The notes under the pieces are model-generated. The model was given only the letters and a program-made list of their open reading frames with translations, did not search any database and was not told the DNA's origin. DNA of 64,000 nt from contig CP089274.1 in assembly GCA_023920165.1 (NCBI GenBank), positions 1,798,001 through 1,862,000 on the forward strand. The letters are read 5' to 3'. The translations under genes and the position numbers were made by a program. Within the stretch, counting starts at the first letter, position 1, and every line of letters begins with the position of its first letter. The DNA comes from Curvularia clavata (Eukaryota). Below are positions 1 through 13,578 of the stretch, in pieces.

Positions 1-545
1 TAAATGGAACATGATACCTCGGCGTATGTGATAGACGGCTCTATTATTTTATCTTTGAAACTAATACTTACGGGCAACGTCATGATTTTCTTCCTAAAAA
101 TCTGATTTGGGATATACAGCGTACTCGTCGTGTGCCCAGAGAGCAGCAGTCACTACTTCTGAGTGAGAAACACTCGGACTTTTCATCATGCTCTCTTACT
201 CGATAGCAGTCATTTGACCATCCCAAGAAATCCGCTGATCGTAATCAGACTTACGTGCGAGCTGTTAGGTCAATTCACAGCGTGAATAATAGTTCGTTTC
301 CACTTACAGCGTATATATCTCAGGCACGTAAAAGCTGTGAGGTGATAGTTCACTCATTTACTTGGCCACCAGTCATGAGGGCTACCGTTGATTTACCGCT
401 CAACTAGTCAACTCTGACCTTTAGTCTAAGGTAATGCGCAGCCTCGTTTCTCTATTGCAAGTATAGTCGCTCGTGGTAATGTCCACTTCTCGTACATTGT
501 TGTGATAATACCTGGTCCTTATAGAGTGTTTCCTCAAGCGAAGCC

Positions 546-1655
546 ATGAACTCGAATCAGAATCTCACTTACAACCGGCAGAGCGCAAGTCTGAATCCAA
601 CATGGTGAGCTTACTTTGTACTCAGTAACATAGCCGATTGCTAACTTCCAAACAATAGCTATCACAACCTAACGTCTTCGTTAACACCAGCACCAACACC
701 ATTATCTCGTTCCCAGCCATCAGGCGATTCTGATCTCTTTGCAACTCTTCTGTTCGATCGTCAACGGGCTTATCAACGGTCATCAAGCACCTTCCTCGCG
801 CCCCATTCTTCATCACCATCTACAATCAGAGACTTCAACCCTGCCACACAAAGTCTCCAGTTGAAACACGGAGCTCAGGTCGCAGTCATGCCGTCTAAGA
901 CAAGAAACATGAGCGAGAAAGAGAAACGACAAGTAGAAGGAAAGAGAGTAACAAAAACCCCATCAGCGAAACCCGATAGGAAACTTGTAAGACGTAGAGT
1001 AGCAAGGAGTCCAGAGGTTACGAGAGAGACGGCTTCTCGAGAGGACAAGGATGTGGTGATGACATCTTCTGGTGAAGAAGAGGCACAGGAGATCCAACAC
1101 CTACGCGACGAACTTGAAATTGCAAATGCAAGAATTAAGCTACTCGAGGAGCTTCTAGAAAACAAGCAGACTGCATCACGCAATCCAAGCATTGAACACG
1201 ACGATCGAAAGGATGTCTCATTCAAAGCAGAGAATAACGCGCGAAAACACCAACCGTATGACTTACCTAGGACTGAAGAAAGCGCACCACTTCAAGTCAC
1301 GAACAGTCAGAAGAAGCCTATCGCGCTCACAGTTCAAATCCAACCTCAACTTCCATTAACTCCTCAGTCTCCTCTTTCGTCAGTACCACCAGCCTCGCCT
1401 TACCCGGGCACTATTAGTGCTATCTTGAATGAGGAAGATATTAAGCTAGAAAACGTTCGCGCAACATACACCAAAGTCAAAACAAAGCTGGATACCATTA
1501 AGCTTATCGTTAGAAAACTGGACTGGTGCACAGAGTCGATGGATGTCAGCAATTTTGGCGAGTTTGGGGTGCACATGAAGCGGTTGAGAGAGTGGCTAGA
1601 AGAAGATGAACAGAAACAGCTACAGCAGCAACATCAGAAACAGAGCAAGGAGTAG
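546..1655 (+). CDS. Hypothetical low-complexity protein with coiled-coil segments; join(546..604,659..1655)
   Basis: gccATG at 546. A GTGAGC...GCTAAC...TAG intron at 605-658 joins it in phase to the open frame containing ORF 861..1655. No recognisable domain. Confidence 0.6.
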
Positions 1656-1809
1656 TATGTAACGATGAAACGTCAATCAAAAAATTCATTGAGCTTTACG
1701 ACAACTCTTTTTCTATGTTTCTGAACAAGGCAAGATTAAAAGCCCGATATTTCAAATCAGAGCAATGACTCAAAGGATGAGGACGAAAAACAACCTATCA
1801 ATCGTCGCC

Positions 1810-4800
1810 CTACAATCCAAACTTGCTCTTGACAGCTCCCATCACAAAGCCTCTTTTCTGTTTGCCCACAAATTTATTAACATCATTTGCCCAGCCTGCG
1901 CTGTTCTGAGAGAGGTTGTCCATGCTGTCGCCGACAATATTGAGCTTCTCAGTACGCTCATTGAGTTGTCGTGAAGCCCACGCACCCCAGCCTTCTTGAG
2001 CCTGTGAGTTTGCCTGCGTAGGATACGACTGGTATTGCGCAGCAGGTGATATAGATGATGAGGGATTGGTACGGCGTCTTTCCTGCTCAGCCTCTGCGCG
2101 TTGTTGGGCGAGTTGGCGATTTGATAGTGGTCGATCCGGACCACCAACTGTAGACGATGTTAGTGGGATGCTGTTGAAGGATAGCCACAATGACATCTTA
2201 CTTAGTAGGTCCATGTCAGCCGGCGTTACGTATTGAGTACCGGATATCCATTGCATGTTGCTAATAGTCGGTCGTGGCGGGATGACCAAGTCTGGGTTAA
2301 GTAGGACGTCTTTTGTTCGGTCACTAGACCCTATTAGCGCAAAACACAATCGATTGTAAAGAAATGATGACATACTATCGGAACCCAGTTCCAAAAATAT
2401 TAATCAGGCCTAATTCTGCTGGACCTTTCCAACCAAGGATGTCCCCTGTAGCTGTGATAATTGCCTCTGAGAACCGTCGGACATCGAGGAAGTCACTGAT
2501 ATTGACGGAAGCAATTTCTTTCAAGGCTGGCAAAGAGTATGCTTTTGCACAGCCATCACCATAGAGACCAAGCAACGCATACCCACTTTGCTCGTATCGT
2601 ACCACGCTTGCGGCATCGCACAGGAACTGGTCGAAAGTTTTGTGCGCGCCTTTACTGGTAGCGGGCCGGAACAATCTTGCTTCAGAGCAAGTAATTGCCA
2701 AAAGTACCCCATTGACCTTCAATCCGGTCCTCAGACCACCGACAGTTGATTGTGAGGCATACGCAGGGCGGCCCGTTTCAGCATGAATGGGACAGATACT
2801 CTGCACTCTATCATCCAGCGAGCACACACCGGCGAGTTTTGCCGAGTATCGGCCACTTGACTCTGGGAGTAGCTTGAAGGTTGCGAGATGGCCAAGGCTG
2901 GTGCCCACGTGTACCAGGATACTGGAGTAGTCTTCGTCCTCGAGTGTCATAACACTGAACTCGATGCAAGTCGGCCACTCTGCTTTTGGTGTAGCCTGAG
3001 ACGAACTGCGCCGGAAACTTGAGCGCTTATCGGTTTTGACAAACTCTTGTATAGAAGCTTGAAAGATGACGGCTGGTCCTCGTAGATCAATAATCGCGAA
3101 GCTTCCTCCTTCAAAGCCTGCAGCGACGAAGCCGACGTCTGAGTGCTTCAAAGCCGTGACTGGCCCATTGCCCCCGTTGAATAAGGTAAAAGGTAACAAA
3201 CCTTCCTTGAGAGTCGGTTCGCTTCTATCAGTGATGTTGGTAAGCACCTGGGGAATGTTTTCACTGGGCGTATGGTCCTGTCCTGCGCGGTTGTTTACGT
3301 TCCATCTGAACACTACTACTTCACCAGTCTTCAGTCCAACAGACAGTTCAGAGGCGGCACCCGCGAACGAGGTTTGCGTGACGTGGACGTCCTCTGGTCG
3401 TCCAACCGCTCGAGCAACATCAACCTGTAACAATGTATGATTTTCAATTTCGTCAGCATGTCCCGCGTCCCATAGCCTTATCGTGCCATCAGCATGAGCC
3501 GTCTGAACAACGTTCCGGTTCTCGAATCTCTTGAGTGGATGTATCGCTTCTGCACCACCGATCAAGAACTGAGGGCCATGTTGCCGCTTTTCAGTCATGC
3601 CAAGCCATCGGGTGCGCTCCACCGGCGCGAGGTTGATGTAATTAACGTAAGGATGGACAAGTGTCATAGAGAGATGTAGTTGGTTAGTAGGGGTAATCGG
3701 CATACCACTTGGGAACGACAGAGTAATCAACTCGCCAGACGCCAGCAAAGCGATGATTGCAATAGGATCATGGCAGCCAGCGTAGTGCGGCGAAGACCTT
3801 GGGATGAGAAAAAGATCAATAACTTCTGTACCAGGAGGGCATGGCAGTATTCTTTGCCTCTTAGGGTTCTCAAAGTGATCTGAGAGGATTTGCCAAGATG
3901 CGGTGGCATAGACGGGCGTTCGGCCCAACTCGAATAAAGTCAGGCTCTTTGCGGAAATGTTCGAGGGCTGTCCACCTGCGACAAGGATAGCGGTATCATC
4001 TGGGTCCTGGTTTGCACACCATGCAATCTTAAAGATTGGTGATTTGAGTGCGAAAGACCCCTCCACTGCGCCAGGGCTGAAACTCCCTGGTCCTGGTTTA
4101 TTCACGTTGGTATCCGTAAGCGTCCTTGCCTGTACAACGCGCCCGTCCTTGGAGTCCCAAATAACAATACTGCTGTCTTCGTGTCCAGTCAGAACAAATG
4201 TTCCCGTTGGATGCCAGACGGCCTGCGTTAGCGGAGGCTCGCGGTCTTTGAAGATGGAACTGGGATCAGAGTCACCACCCGGTGCTCCTTTGGGAAGCCG
4301 GTAATTGAAGAAATGAACAGCCTTGTTTTGTTTGAATGAGTAGATGACTGCACCAGAGTTGTAGCCAATCAGTAGAGAGCCAATATCTCGAGGGTGCAAA
4401 GATAGCGTGACGACGGATGTCAGCCGAGATTGCGGAAATCTCTCCCTCCACAAGTTGGAAATCTTGAAGGGCGTGAGTGTCTCTCTGTCTAGGTCGTATG
4501 CGTACACCTCGCCATGTTGTGTGCCCAGCAGAGCATAATCGATGGCAGGATCACTATGCAGCGCTGTGATCTTTGCAGGAGGCGAGTGGGCATTGAGTAG
4601 TTTCTTTGTTTCGAGCGAGAAGACCGACAGATCATTTTTCGAGTCTACGCACAGAAGTTTCTCAGCGCAGAACTGCAATATCTTGACTGAGGCGCTACGG
4701 TTGGGAAGCGGTAGTACAACTTCGACTCTTTTCTGACCGAATACGTATATTTGACCGGGACCATACTTGCTCTCGCTCGTTCCGATGGCGAGGAGAGATT

Positions 4801-5023
4801 GGACAGGATCGTATGCGACTTGGGTGATCTTGGAATTTATGCCATAGTTGCGGATCTTCACGTGTGGTTAGTTTGCACGCGTATGAGGAGGGGCCTTTGG
4901 CCAGGGCGGGGGTGTGCGGCAGCGGCAGCGGCATACATGATCAAGCACGAAAAGATCAGGGCTGAGGCCTTGCGAGAGATCGTTGCTGATTCCAGCTTGC
5001 TTTCCGCGCAAAAGATGGGCCAT
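1810..5023 (-). CDS. SRO7: Lethal giant larvae/tomosyn-family WD40 SNARE-regulating exocytosis protein (Sro7/Sro77-like); introns 4856-4936, 2324-2375, 2148-2201
   Basis: N-terminus MAHLLRGKQAGISNDLS, motif 'AYDPVQSLLAIGT', WD repeats, 'SDVGFVAAGFEGGS' and a C-terminal R-SNARE-like tail (LNERTEKLNIVGDSMDNL). All three introns have canonical GT..AG and restore frame. Confidence 0.92.
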
Positions 5024-5543
5024 GGTGGTGTGTATGTTTCATGGCGCTGTGCTGCCAAACTGCGGTGGACAGTGTCGGGCAGCACCATGTCTGCCATGCG
5101 CTCTTTCGCCGGTAAGAACGCGTTGAGCGACGTCATTTCGGCAATTTTAAGCGGAGATGCAGGGTCCACCAGCCACATTGAGCACACAGCGCAGACGCCA
5201 AGCTGAAAAGCCCAGCCACACTTCGTCATCTCACACGCATCTGACCAGGCAACAGGGATGAAAAGCCAATCGAACACCTTCTGCTTGTTTGTTATCTATG
5301 TGTATGCCCAAGATCATTGCATGTACTGCGTGATCAGCATCTAACAAAGACGAAATTTGAAAACGTGCGCCGTCCATAATACAACAAGAAGCAGTTCAGC
5401 CGACACAGCTCAAGGCTGACAGAACATGCTCGGGAACAATAACCCTATAATATACCACGCGTGGCCAGAACTTTCCAACGCCCAATCAGTCATCTATGGT
5501 ATCCAGAACCCCTTGCGAACCGACAGCTGTTTCCCAAGCTACG

Positions 5544-8367
5544 CTAGGTAGACATCGAAGCTCCGTTAGCGCCATAGACTGAACCGTTGGGAGGCTGTGG
5601 TGTTCCCGAGCCCTGTCTGCTGTTAGTAAAGCTATTTTGTGCTGCAAGCCGGGCCTGAGACTGAGCAGCCGCTTGCGCCTGTTGCCGCTCCATCATCATC
5701 TGCTGAGGATTAGTAGGCATCCCATTAAAAGGAGCCGTGGCGGCAGGAGCCTGGGGAGTGCCGTACTGGGACGGTCCGTAGTAGGTGCTACGCATCTGAC
5801 CTCCAGAAACCGGCGTGCTGTATCCTGGCCGTGCGCCATAGTTGGACGGTGTAGGTGTGGGAGCGCCTTTGATTGGCGATGCAGTGCGTGGCTGTGGTGC
5901 TGCGCCGCCGTTGTAGATTGGTGCAACATTCTGCGAACGTGGATAATAGTTGGCCTGGTTTTGTTGTGCTGCATACCGGTTCTGCCCCTGTGCTTGGGGC
6001 GTTGAATTGTAGTACTGCGAGCTAGCAGCCCCACCGTATCCACTGGGTTGCGCCGAGCGTTGTGGAAAATATTGACCAGAGGGTGTGGTTCCGTAGCTTG
6101 GTCGTGATGCCTGCTGACCATAAGAGGGTGTTGCAGAATATGCTGGCCGAGAAGCAGGAGCATAAGAGGGGCCACCTGGTTGGAAAGGCTGTGCTACCCC
6201 TGAAGGCGAGCGTTGCAGATGTATCGACGAGGATCGGTGAAGAGGTTGCTGCGAGTACATGGGTCGCGCGCCTGGCTGCTGTATAGATGGTGTAGGGCGA
6301 CCATACTGGTGACCAGCTGTAGGATAGTGTCCACTAGCGCCAGAACTTGTTCGGGCCAGTGTTGCAGGCGTGGATGCAGCCATCCCCGGCGTCTTCGAAA
6401 GCTTCAAGAGTTGGTCATCCTCCAAAACTCCCTTGTACTCTTTCGTGTCGAAGAGAATTGTTCGACTAATGTTTAGCTCGTCCATCTGGTCACCGTTTAG
6501 CTTGGCAACGGCGTAGGGTGGGAGCTGCGAGATCAATATAGTCAGCTGTGACTTGAGGATCTGGTAAACATCGAATTCCTCAGACGACGGCGTGGACGGA
6601 CTGCCAGCCAAGTTTGCCAAGGATGCGTTCTGAACAACAGGCGTGCGCGGATTAGTCGTAAGTGAAAGGTTTCGTATCCTTTGGTAGGAAGCCAATGTTT
6701 CGAGCAGCTCGGAAATATCCTTGAGAATTTGGTCCGTATCCTTTTCCTCTTGACTCTTCTCTTCTGTGCCGGGCAGAACATTCCCATCAAGAGGCGTGAA
6801 GTTTTCAACAGCTTCTTTGAACAGTTCGTCCTCGTCGGCGGTTCCATTGGTGAGTGTTGCATTAGCCTCTTCAGGATCAAGCAGCGCCGGGTCTACTGGA
6901 AACATTTCATTGAAACGCTTTTCACCAACCTTGTGCCACCATACCATGTTCTTGGTCTCCTCGGGCACGATAGCAGATGTGTCGTCTCGGGTGGGTGCAA
7001 AACTGGAGTATGCGCTACGAAACAGGGCATCCTCTTTTGCTTGTTGGACCGCGACAAGAATGGCCTCGGATGGTGGCTGTTGAGCCTCACCCATGCTCAG
7101 GGCACGCTGCCTGCTCTTTTGTTTTGCTGTTGGCGAGGTCTGATCTTTGGGCATATCCACACCCCCATAGCCCAACCAGAAACCGGAAGACAGACTCTGA
7201 TGTGCATAGGACTGAGAGCCCTTACGCCGGGGCTTGGGGATTTCCTGGTGCGTAAAGGTGATGGTGTTGTTGCCCTTGCTGGTCGTTGGCCTCGCGGACT
7301 TGGGCGGGCTGATCTGTGCCAGATGAGGCGGGGCCCGAAAGACATTGCCAATTGTCGGAAGGTTCTTGTTGACATCTGGATCAGGGAGAGGGTATACCTC
7401 TGTTGTGCTGATGAGGTTCGGGAGGTTAGCCTCGCGAAGAGGCAGTATTACCTTGACGGAGGTGTCGAGAGTAGATATGGGGACTACCGGGGATATCTTG
7501 TGGGGCTGCTGCAGGCTCGAAAACAATTGCTTGGGCGGCGCGCTTCCGTATAGTGTGAGAACGGTTCGGCTCTGTGGAGCCACTGGCACCTGCTCTTCTT
7601 CCTCTTTGATGGCTGTTGGAGCACCCTCTTCTCTCGATACTTCTGGCGTTGGTTCTTGACTTGGCGTTGTTGCTTGGGAGTGTCTTTTGCGTGCTTCTTC
7701 TCTGCCCACGAGGTTCTTGAGGATTGTTTGAAAAGCAAGGAGCTTACCGTGGAGCACAGTGCCCTGGGGAGATGTGGTGGCAGCCAAGGAGTCGTTTGCG
7801 CCGGCAGAGGTGAGGATATCAGTAGTCGCGTTCTCAACGTCCTTCTCGAGGGCTTGCAGAGAATCATACGAGCCGTCGTGGATAAGGGTGGTGATGGTTA
7901 CAGGGCCACCCGGAGGAGTCAGTTTGGTGCGCTTGGAATCGGCCTCTCCAGAGGCAGAGCGAGTTATCGAGGAGGATATGGGGTGGGAAAGGATCGAGGG
8001 CTGCGTGTCATAACTAGTGGGGAGTCAGCGTTTGGATAAGATGGCAGCGTTGCAAGTCGGAGCCAGGCGCATGAAAGCTACATTTGGCGCACCTGGCGAG
8101 GCCAAGGATGCGCGCTCATACAGCAGACTAGACGCCGAGGCGGGACGCGGATTTGCGGCAGTCGTACCTCTTGAGGACGTCGAGGATGTCGCGCAATGCC
8201 GCCTGCAGAGAACGCGTGCTGTCTTGCGGACCGTCTGCTTGGGCGGGCGCGGCAGCGCCATTGGGAGCCTTTGGACGGGGGCTGGCGAGTTTGCGCTTTG
8301 CAGCCGAGGGCGACGTGGGCGCAGGCGGAAGGGTCGGCGGCGTGAGGGTGCCGTTGGCGGCGGCCAT
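5544..8367 (-). CDS. Conserved fungal nuclear protein, probably the RSC complex subunit Rsc58-like, with a Q/Y/G/P-rich C-terminal tail; join(8367..8168,8013..5544)
   Basis: accATG at 8367. A GTACGA...GCTGAC...TAG intron at 8014-8167 joins to the 747-aa ORF. The motif 'YSSFAPTRDDT...VWW' resembles Rsc58/BRD7-9 motifs, recalled rather than searched. Confidence 0.7.
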
Positions 8368-8754
8368 GGTGGATTGCTGGGGGTTGCTGGCGATGCGCGA
8401 GTGATGGCGTGGCATGCAACGCGCTCAGGGCGGCCGGAGGAGTCGTTAGTCGCTCGTCTTCGCTTGCATTCCCTCGCCGCGACACTGCCAGGCGCGATGC
8501 TGCAGGGCAAAGAAGCTCGCGAGACACGGCACGGGCAGATGGGAGATGGCTTGCTGCGACGCGCAAGGGGCCGGTAGCGGGGGATGGGTGGTGTTGAGAA
8601 TTGGTCCAGGCTGGCGTTGCTTGCCCGTCGTCTGGCTGCGATGAATGCATCAATCCATCAATGCAACGCGAGGCGCAGTGCCAAGTCATGCGCCACACCC
8701 TGTCTGCGCCACACCCTGCCTTTTTCCTGCCGCCCGCCCGCTGCCCGCCGTCCG

Positions 8755-8778
8755 TCCATCCATCCATCCATCCATCCA
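8755..8778. repeat. (TCCA)6 microsatellite in the divergent promoter
   Basis: Read directly. An adjacent direct repeat tgcgccacaccctg x2 lies at about 8689-8718. Confidence 0.9.
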
Positions 8779-8840
8779 CCGCGTCGTCTTGCTGCAATTG
8801 ACATCTACGCGCCCTCGTCCTGGTCGCTTCCGCCAGATGA

Positions 8841-11802
8841 ATGCCCTGCATCGTCTCCGTGACAGCTTCAGGTAGCACGCATTGCTGTGGCCGTCGTGTG
8901 ACCCGCCTGGCTGCCCGCCTGGTACCTCTCCGTCACAGCAACCATGCCCACTTGAATTGCTACTGACGCGCTGCTCCAGCCTTCTCCCACGACCGCCACC
9001 CTCACGTCTTCCTTTGCTACCATCGCCTTCGCTCCTGGGCAATATCGATCCTCGTTGCCACCATGCCCTCGTTCCTTCCCCTCGCCAACACGCCGCCCAC
9101 CTCTGTCGCCCCTCCATGGCCCGCCTCTGTATTGCCTCAATGCGCTCCAGACGAGACCGAGACGTTTTGCGGATACAAGCAAGCCAGCCCTTGAAACCGA
9201 AACAACTGCGTTCCAGGGGTTAGCAAATGTCGCTGAAGACGCAGATCACTTCACCCCATTCCGCCCTCAGTTGTCCCGCAACGCCAGGAAGGCGCTACGC
9301 CGGAGCAGGCCTACCGATGTACTTGCATCCATACATGGCCTAGCTAAAGACCTCTACTGGGCGCACCTTTCTGGCTCTAGTGCTTCATCGCACGCTGCAC
9401 ATCAACCTCCGTCCCAACATCCACACTCACAAGGCCTAGCGGCTACTCATCCAGCTCTGCAGCTTTCTGAGCCCGTTTCGCTCTACTCTGTACTCGCACG
9501 CTACCTCAAGCACCGTACTTCGTTTGCGCCGGCCAAGTCTGGATTTCAATTCACAGCTCCAGAGCTGCATATGCTGCGATCTCGAGGTTACAGTCCTGAA
9601 AGCGTAGAACAGTGGGCGGCATGCCTTGTAGAGCCGCAATGCAATGTGGCGGCCAGAATCTTTGAGCAACAGTTCGAGGCTCCGCCCCTTTTCCTACTCT
9701 TGCTGTTTTTGCGTCGCAAACACATCAGAGTACATGCTTTGGGCATCATTATGAGGCATCTTGACCGTCTTACCCAAGCAGGCACTCTACAATGGTCCCA
9801 AGTTAAGATTATTGCAGTGCGCCTGCTCCGCCACGCGCGCGAGATGTGGCCCGAGAGTATGCCGTGGATCACGTCCTTCTTGACTACTCAGTCCAGTCGC
9901 TTACTTGACAATACAAATCGGTCAAATTTGCTCTCAACTCGGATGTTTTCCGACATGACACACTTCTACAACTATTTCCTTGTGCTGATATGTCTACCTA
10001 CAAGCGTCCGGCCTTTAGTCTGTGCTACTTACCAGGAGAAGGCGCAGTTCCAGTTGCTCAAGTACATGGCTAATACATCGCCACCCATTGTCGTGTCGCG
10101 ACCCGGTTTCCGTGCAGTAGCTCGCAATCAGTTGGCCCACGCCAAGACTGGTCCGGAAAGAGATTGGGCTGAGCTTAAAGGTGCTTCCTGGCCTCCATGG
10201 AAGGAGAACCGTACAGCAATGGATGAAGACAAGGGCTACAAGTTTGGGGCTTCACGGGCCTCGAAGCTCTTGCATCGCATGTATGAAGCTGGATATACCC
10301 ATCGCACATTTGAAGACATGGTGCAAATCTACGCCGGTTGGGATACAGACCACAGTCCAACGATACAAACCAGAACTTCACTACCACGCTTTTCTTCACA
10401 ATTCAACAATGATCGGCATATCCGTCCGTTGCTCTGGGCAGGGCGTATACGGACTACCCGCACGCAAAGAGAGGCATGGGCATGCTTCTTGTCTCAAGAG
10501 CTTTCTGGCGAAGCCGCTCACTCTGAAATATACCTTGCCATGTTCGAAAAACTGCATTACCCGGCTGTACAGAGGACACCCAACATTGTGCATTCGTCTG
10601 ATCCGGATCGTGCTTCTGAAGAGGATTGCGCTCATCTGCTGCCGGGAGATATGAAAGAGGTCTTGCCAGATCCGTCGTCTTCATTGCATCACGTTTATCT
10701 GAGTGAGCCTGTCCCTCGACCCAGCGAACTACTTGAACGAATGCGCAACACCCATATCAAGCCTTCGCGCCGCCTACTTGCCTTCCTCTTGGAAACGTAT
10801 CCTGATTTCCAAACATGTCTGGATCTGTTGCATATGAACAGAGATGATTTCAATGGTGGTATAGGTCGCATACTGTATGGTATCCACGACGAGAACGACG
10901 CTTCCATTCATTCAATTAACGGGCATCTCTTCAAAGCCATTATCCGATTCCTGTGTCGCTTTGGGCGTTTCGATCAGCCACCCCCACGCAACCTCAATGC
11001 ACTAGATCCCAAGGAACATGCGCAACAGATTCAGACCAACAGAAATTATCTCGTTGCGTATGCACATGGACTTCTTATACGCTATCGACCAAAACATCGG
11101 GTTGCATGGACCACTTTTATCAACAAGTTGCTATATCAAAAAAGCCTTCCGCAATCGGTTCAGGTGGAAAGATATAGACTGATCTGTGACCTGCTGGACC
11201 ATATGGAACAGGCAGATCTAGACGTTGATGATGACATATTCAGCTCTGCATGCGTGGCGACTACCTACGCTGCACAGAGTGTAGGCCATGACACTATCAC
11301 TGTACAAGACGAGCGTCTGCTGTTCTCTACAGGTTCATCTCGCCTTCGAGCATTGTTCAATAACCTAGTTGGGGCCAATGCCGATGTGCATTCACGTCCA
11401 GAGCAACTTGCAAGTAGTGTTATCTTACCGCATGTTCCTGGGCCAGCAGAACTCCACGCCTATGTACGAGCCCTAGGCATTCTTGGCGACTTCGAGGGCC
11501 TCTACTCGTTCACGACCTGGCTGACCAAACACCGATCTGAGGTCAATGTACGTGCGCAAGCACAGCGTGGCGGCATGGATGTGCTGTTCAGAACACTTGT
11601 GGCTTTGAGATTGGCTACCAGTGGTGGAGGGCTGAGCATGGGAACTAAGCACTCAACAAATGCACCTGAAGACATTGCCCTTCTCATCCGAAAGCAAATT
11701 GAGAGTATCGAAGAATGGGGTGGATGGCCAACAGAAGATCATGTTAAAATGTATGTTGGAAAACAATTCAAGGCACCAACTCTGTCTGCAGGAGGGCGAT
11801 AA
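8841..11802 (+). CDS. Large alpha-helical, probably mitochondrial, PPR-like protein; join(8841..8921,8980..11802)
   Basis: The 915-aa ORF has no ATG at its 5' end. An ATG at 8841 plus a GTACCT...ACTGAC...CAG intron at 8922-8979 gives an in-phase, Arg/Ser-rich, acid-free N-terminus. Helical PPR-like segments are present (EIYLAMFEKL, ELHAYVRALG). The function is inferred. Confidence 0.7.
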
Positions 11803-11995
11803 AAGCATAGGATGTAGGCCCAAATTACAGTTGTGTTACTTTTCAATGTTTTAATACTTTGTGAATCCCAAGTCCTCAGGATTGAGTGCAATATTTGTCT
11901 GCATTCACAGCCAAAGAGATTTCAAAATATAGTGTTGTGAGAAAGAACAAAAGAACAGAACATCATGTCAATCCACACCAGTGTCTCGACACAAA

Positions 11996-13255
11996 TCATT
12001 GTCGAGCAAACTTGGGGTACTCTTCTTCCAGGTATGCTGTGATCTGGGCAAACTTTTCCAGCCATTGCAGCTCTTCGTCTCCACGAGGAAGGACATGTGC
12101 CTCGCTATGTGCTTTGTTCTTGGTACCTCTCTGGTAAACATGTATGCGGATCGGATGGAGGAGGGGCTCCTGCGAAGCCAGTTGTTGCTGTTTCATTTTG
12201 CTCCCATCAACATCAGCTTTGACTTCTGAAGCTACCATTTCGGGTGCGTCTAGAGTCCAAGATGGCCGTTTTGCAAGGACATAGCGGCATTCTTGTTTCA
12301 TCTTTGTAGCTGTGGGATCGTCTCTAGTTTTGCGTTCCAAAAAGCCTGGCTTAAGAACCATTTCGTTAAAGAGTTGTGTACACCAGTCGTACGGTACAAG
12401 AGCCGGCCATGCGAAACGATGCAGGAACATATCTGTTTTGTGCCAGGCTGTGGATTTTGCTACATTCATGATTCTGCGCGCCTGGCGACGCATCACGTTT
12501 GGGATGTGTGTTGCGTTTAAGTCGGTTGGTGGATATGGCCGTGGATCGAACGGCATCTTAAGTCGGGTGGCGTGTTTCTCGTACAAGTCGGCCAGGCGAT
12601 GTAGTTCTCTAGAAAAAGCTTCAGCTCTTTTGAGCCGGACTTGCTGGTAGAGCTCCATGAACAAAGCTAGCTCGTCCATAGTGAAGATTGTTGTGAGATC
12701 GATCTTGTCCCATCTGCCAAGCCTCTCCACGATTCTCTCAATGATTCTCTGGGCTCCCGGTACTTCTGCCACCCATGGCTCAACCAGATGGGCGTACCCT
12801 TCCCAGAGTGTCTGCCTTGTGCGGTTGTCGAAGACAGCCTCGTTTAGTGTCTGAAGCCAATGTCGAGCCAGCAACGTTCCATTGCGTAGCTTTTGTGACG
12901 AGATAGCTGTGGAAGTCTTATTCCACTGCGAAGATTTCCACAAAAGGAAACTGAGCTCCTTATACTCGAGTATGTGGGGTGGGTAGAATATAGTTTTGGG
13001 CGCTGAAAAGCAGAACTTCTGGACTTTGTCGGTGATGGCCAGGAGCTTCTGCAATTTGTTCGTATCCTTCCACCGGAAGTGGCAGCTCCATGGCGAAGGA
13101 CTGTTTTGCAGAGACCACGTTAGACGTGTGCCGGCGCAGGAATAAATCCGTATCAATTGACGGAATTCAAGGTCAGCCAAGATGGCTTCGTGGAGCTCGC
13201 AGGGAAGCTTCTCCAAATCGCGTGCAATGCGTCGGAACTTGTAATTTGCAATCAT
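11996..13255 (-). CDS. Hypothetical protein with an N-terminal F-box-like motif
   Basis: Intronless ORF of about 419 aa. 'LEKLPCELHEAILADL' matches the F-box LxxLPxELxxxIL pattern. Confidence 0.7.
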   Translation of the reverse strand: MIANYKFRRIARDLEKLPCELHEAILADLEFRQLIRIYSCAGTRLTWSLQNSPSPWSCHFRWKDTNKLQKLLAITDKVQKFCFSAPKTIFYPPHILEYKELSFLLWKSSQWNKTSTAISSQKLRNGTLLARHWLQTLNEAVFDNRTRQTLWEGYAHLVEPWVAEVPGAQRIIERIVERLGRWDKIDLTTIFTMDELALFMELYQQVRLKRAEAFSRELHRLADLYEKHATRLKMPFDPRPYPPTDLNATHIPNVMRRQARRIMNVAKSTAWHKTDMFLHRFAWPALVPYDWCTQLFNEMVLKPGFLERKTRDDPTATKMKQECRYVLAKRPSWTLDAPEMVASEVKADVDGSKMKQQQLASQEPLLHPIRIHVYQRGTKNKAHSEAHVLPRGDEELQWLEKFAQITAYLEEEYPKFARQ

Positions 13256-13578
13256 TGTCAAGATGCTGTTGCTGGTAGTCCTGAGTAGCTAGGTTTCTTG
13301 GTCTTGTTCTTGTGCGGTATTTATGTGTTTATAAATCTTGACAAAACGTGAGGGGTGTTGCGCGGATAGAGAGACCTTAGGCAGCAGGACAAATATGTGT
13401 GGGGCGGCTGAGGTCGAGTCATTCAAAAAGGGCGTTATGCTAGCCCAAGGGCACAAGCGCGGCAATACCTAGATAATCTCTCGAAAGCGGTGCATGACCT
13501 AGGGGGGCATCGTGGACTCGAGTTTATTTCAATTGACCAAACTCAAACTTCAGATTCTTGAAAACAGTTTACAGCCTG

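Noticed and set aside
60..310. Cluster of minus-strand GTAAGT donors with a possible 46-nt intron (262-307) and a 7-nt microexon
   Set aside because: No coherent ORF or complete C/D box pair, and the region is truncated by the window edge.
8017..9223. Many overlapping 60-266 aa ORFs
   Set aside because: GC-rich divergent promoter with microsatellite-derived translations, explained by the first exons of the flanking genes.
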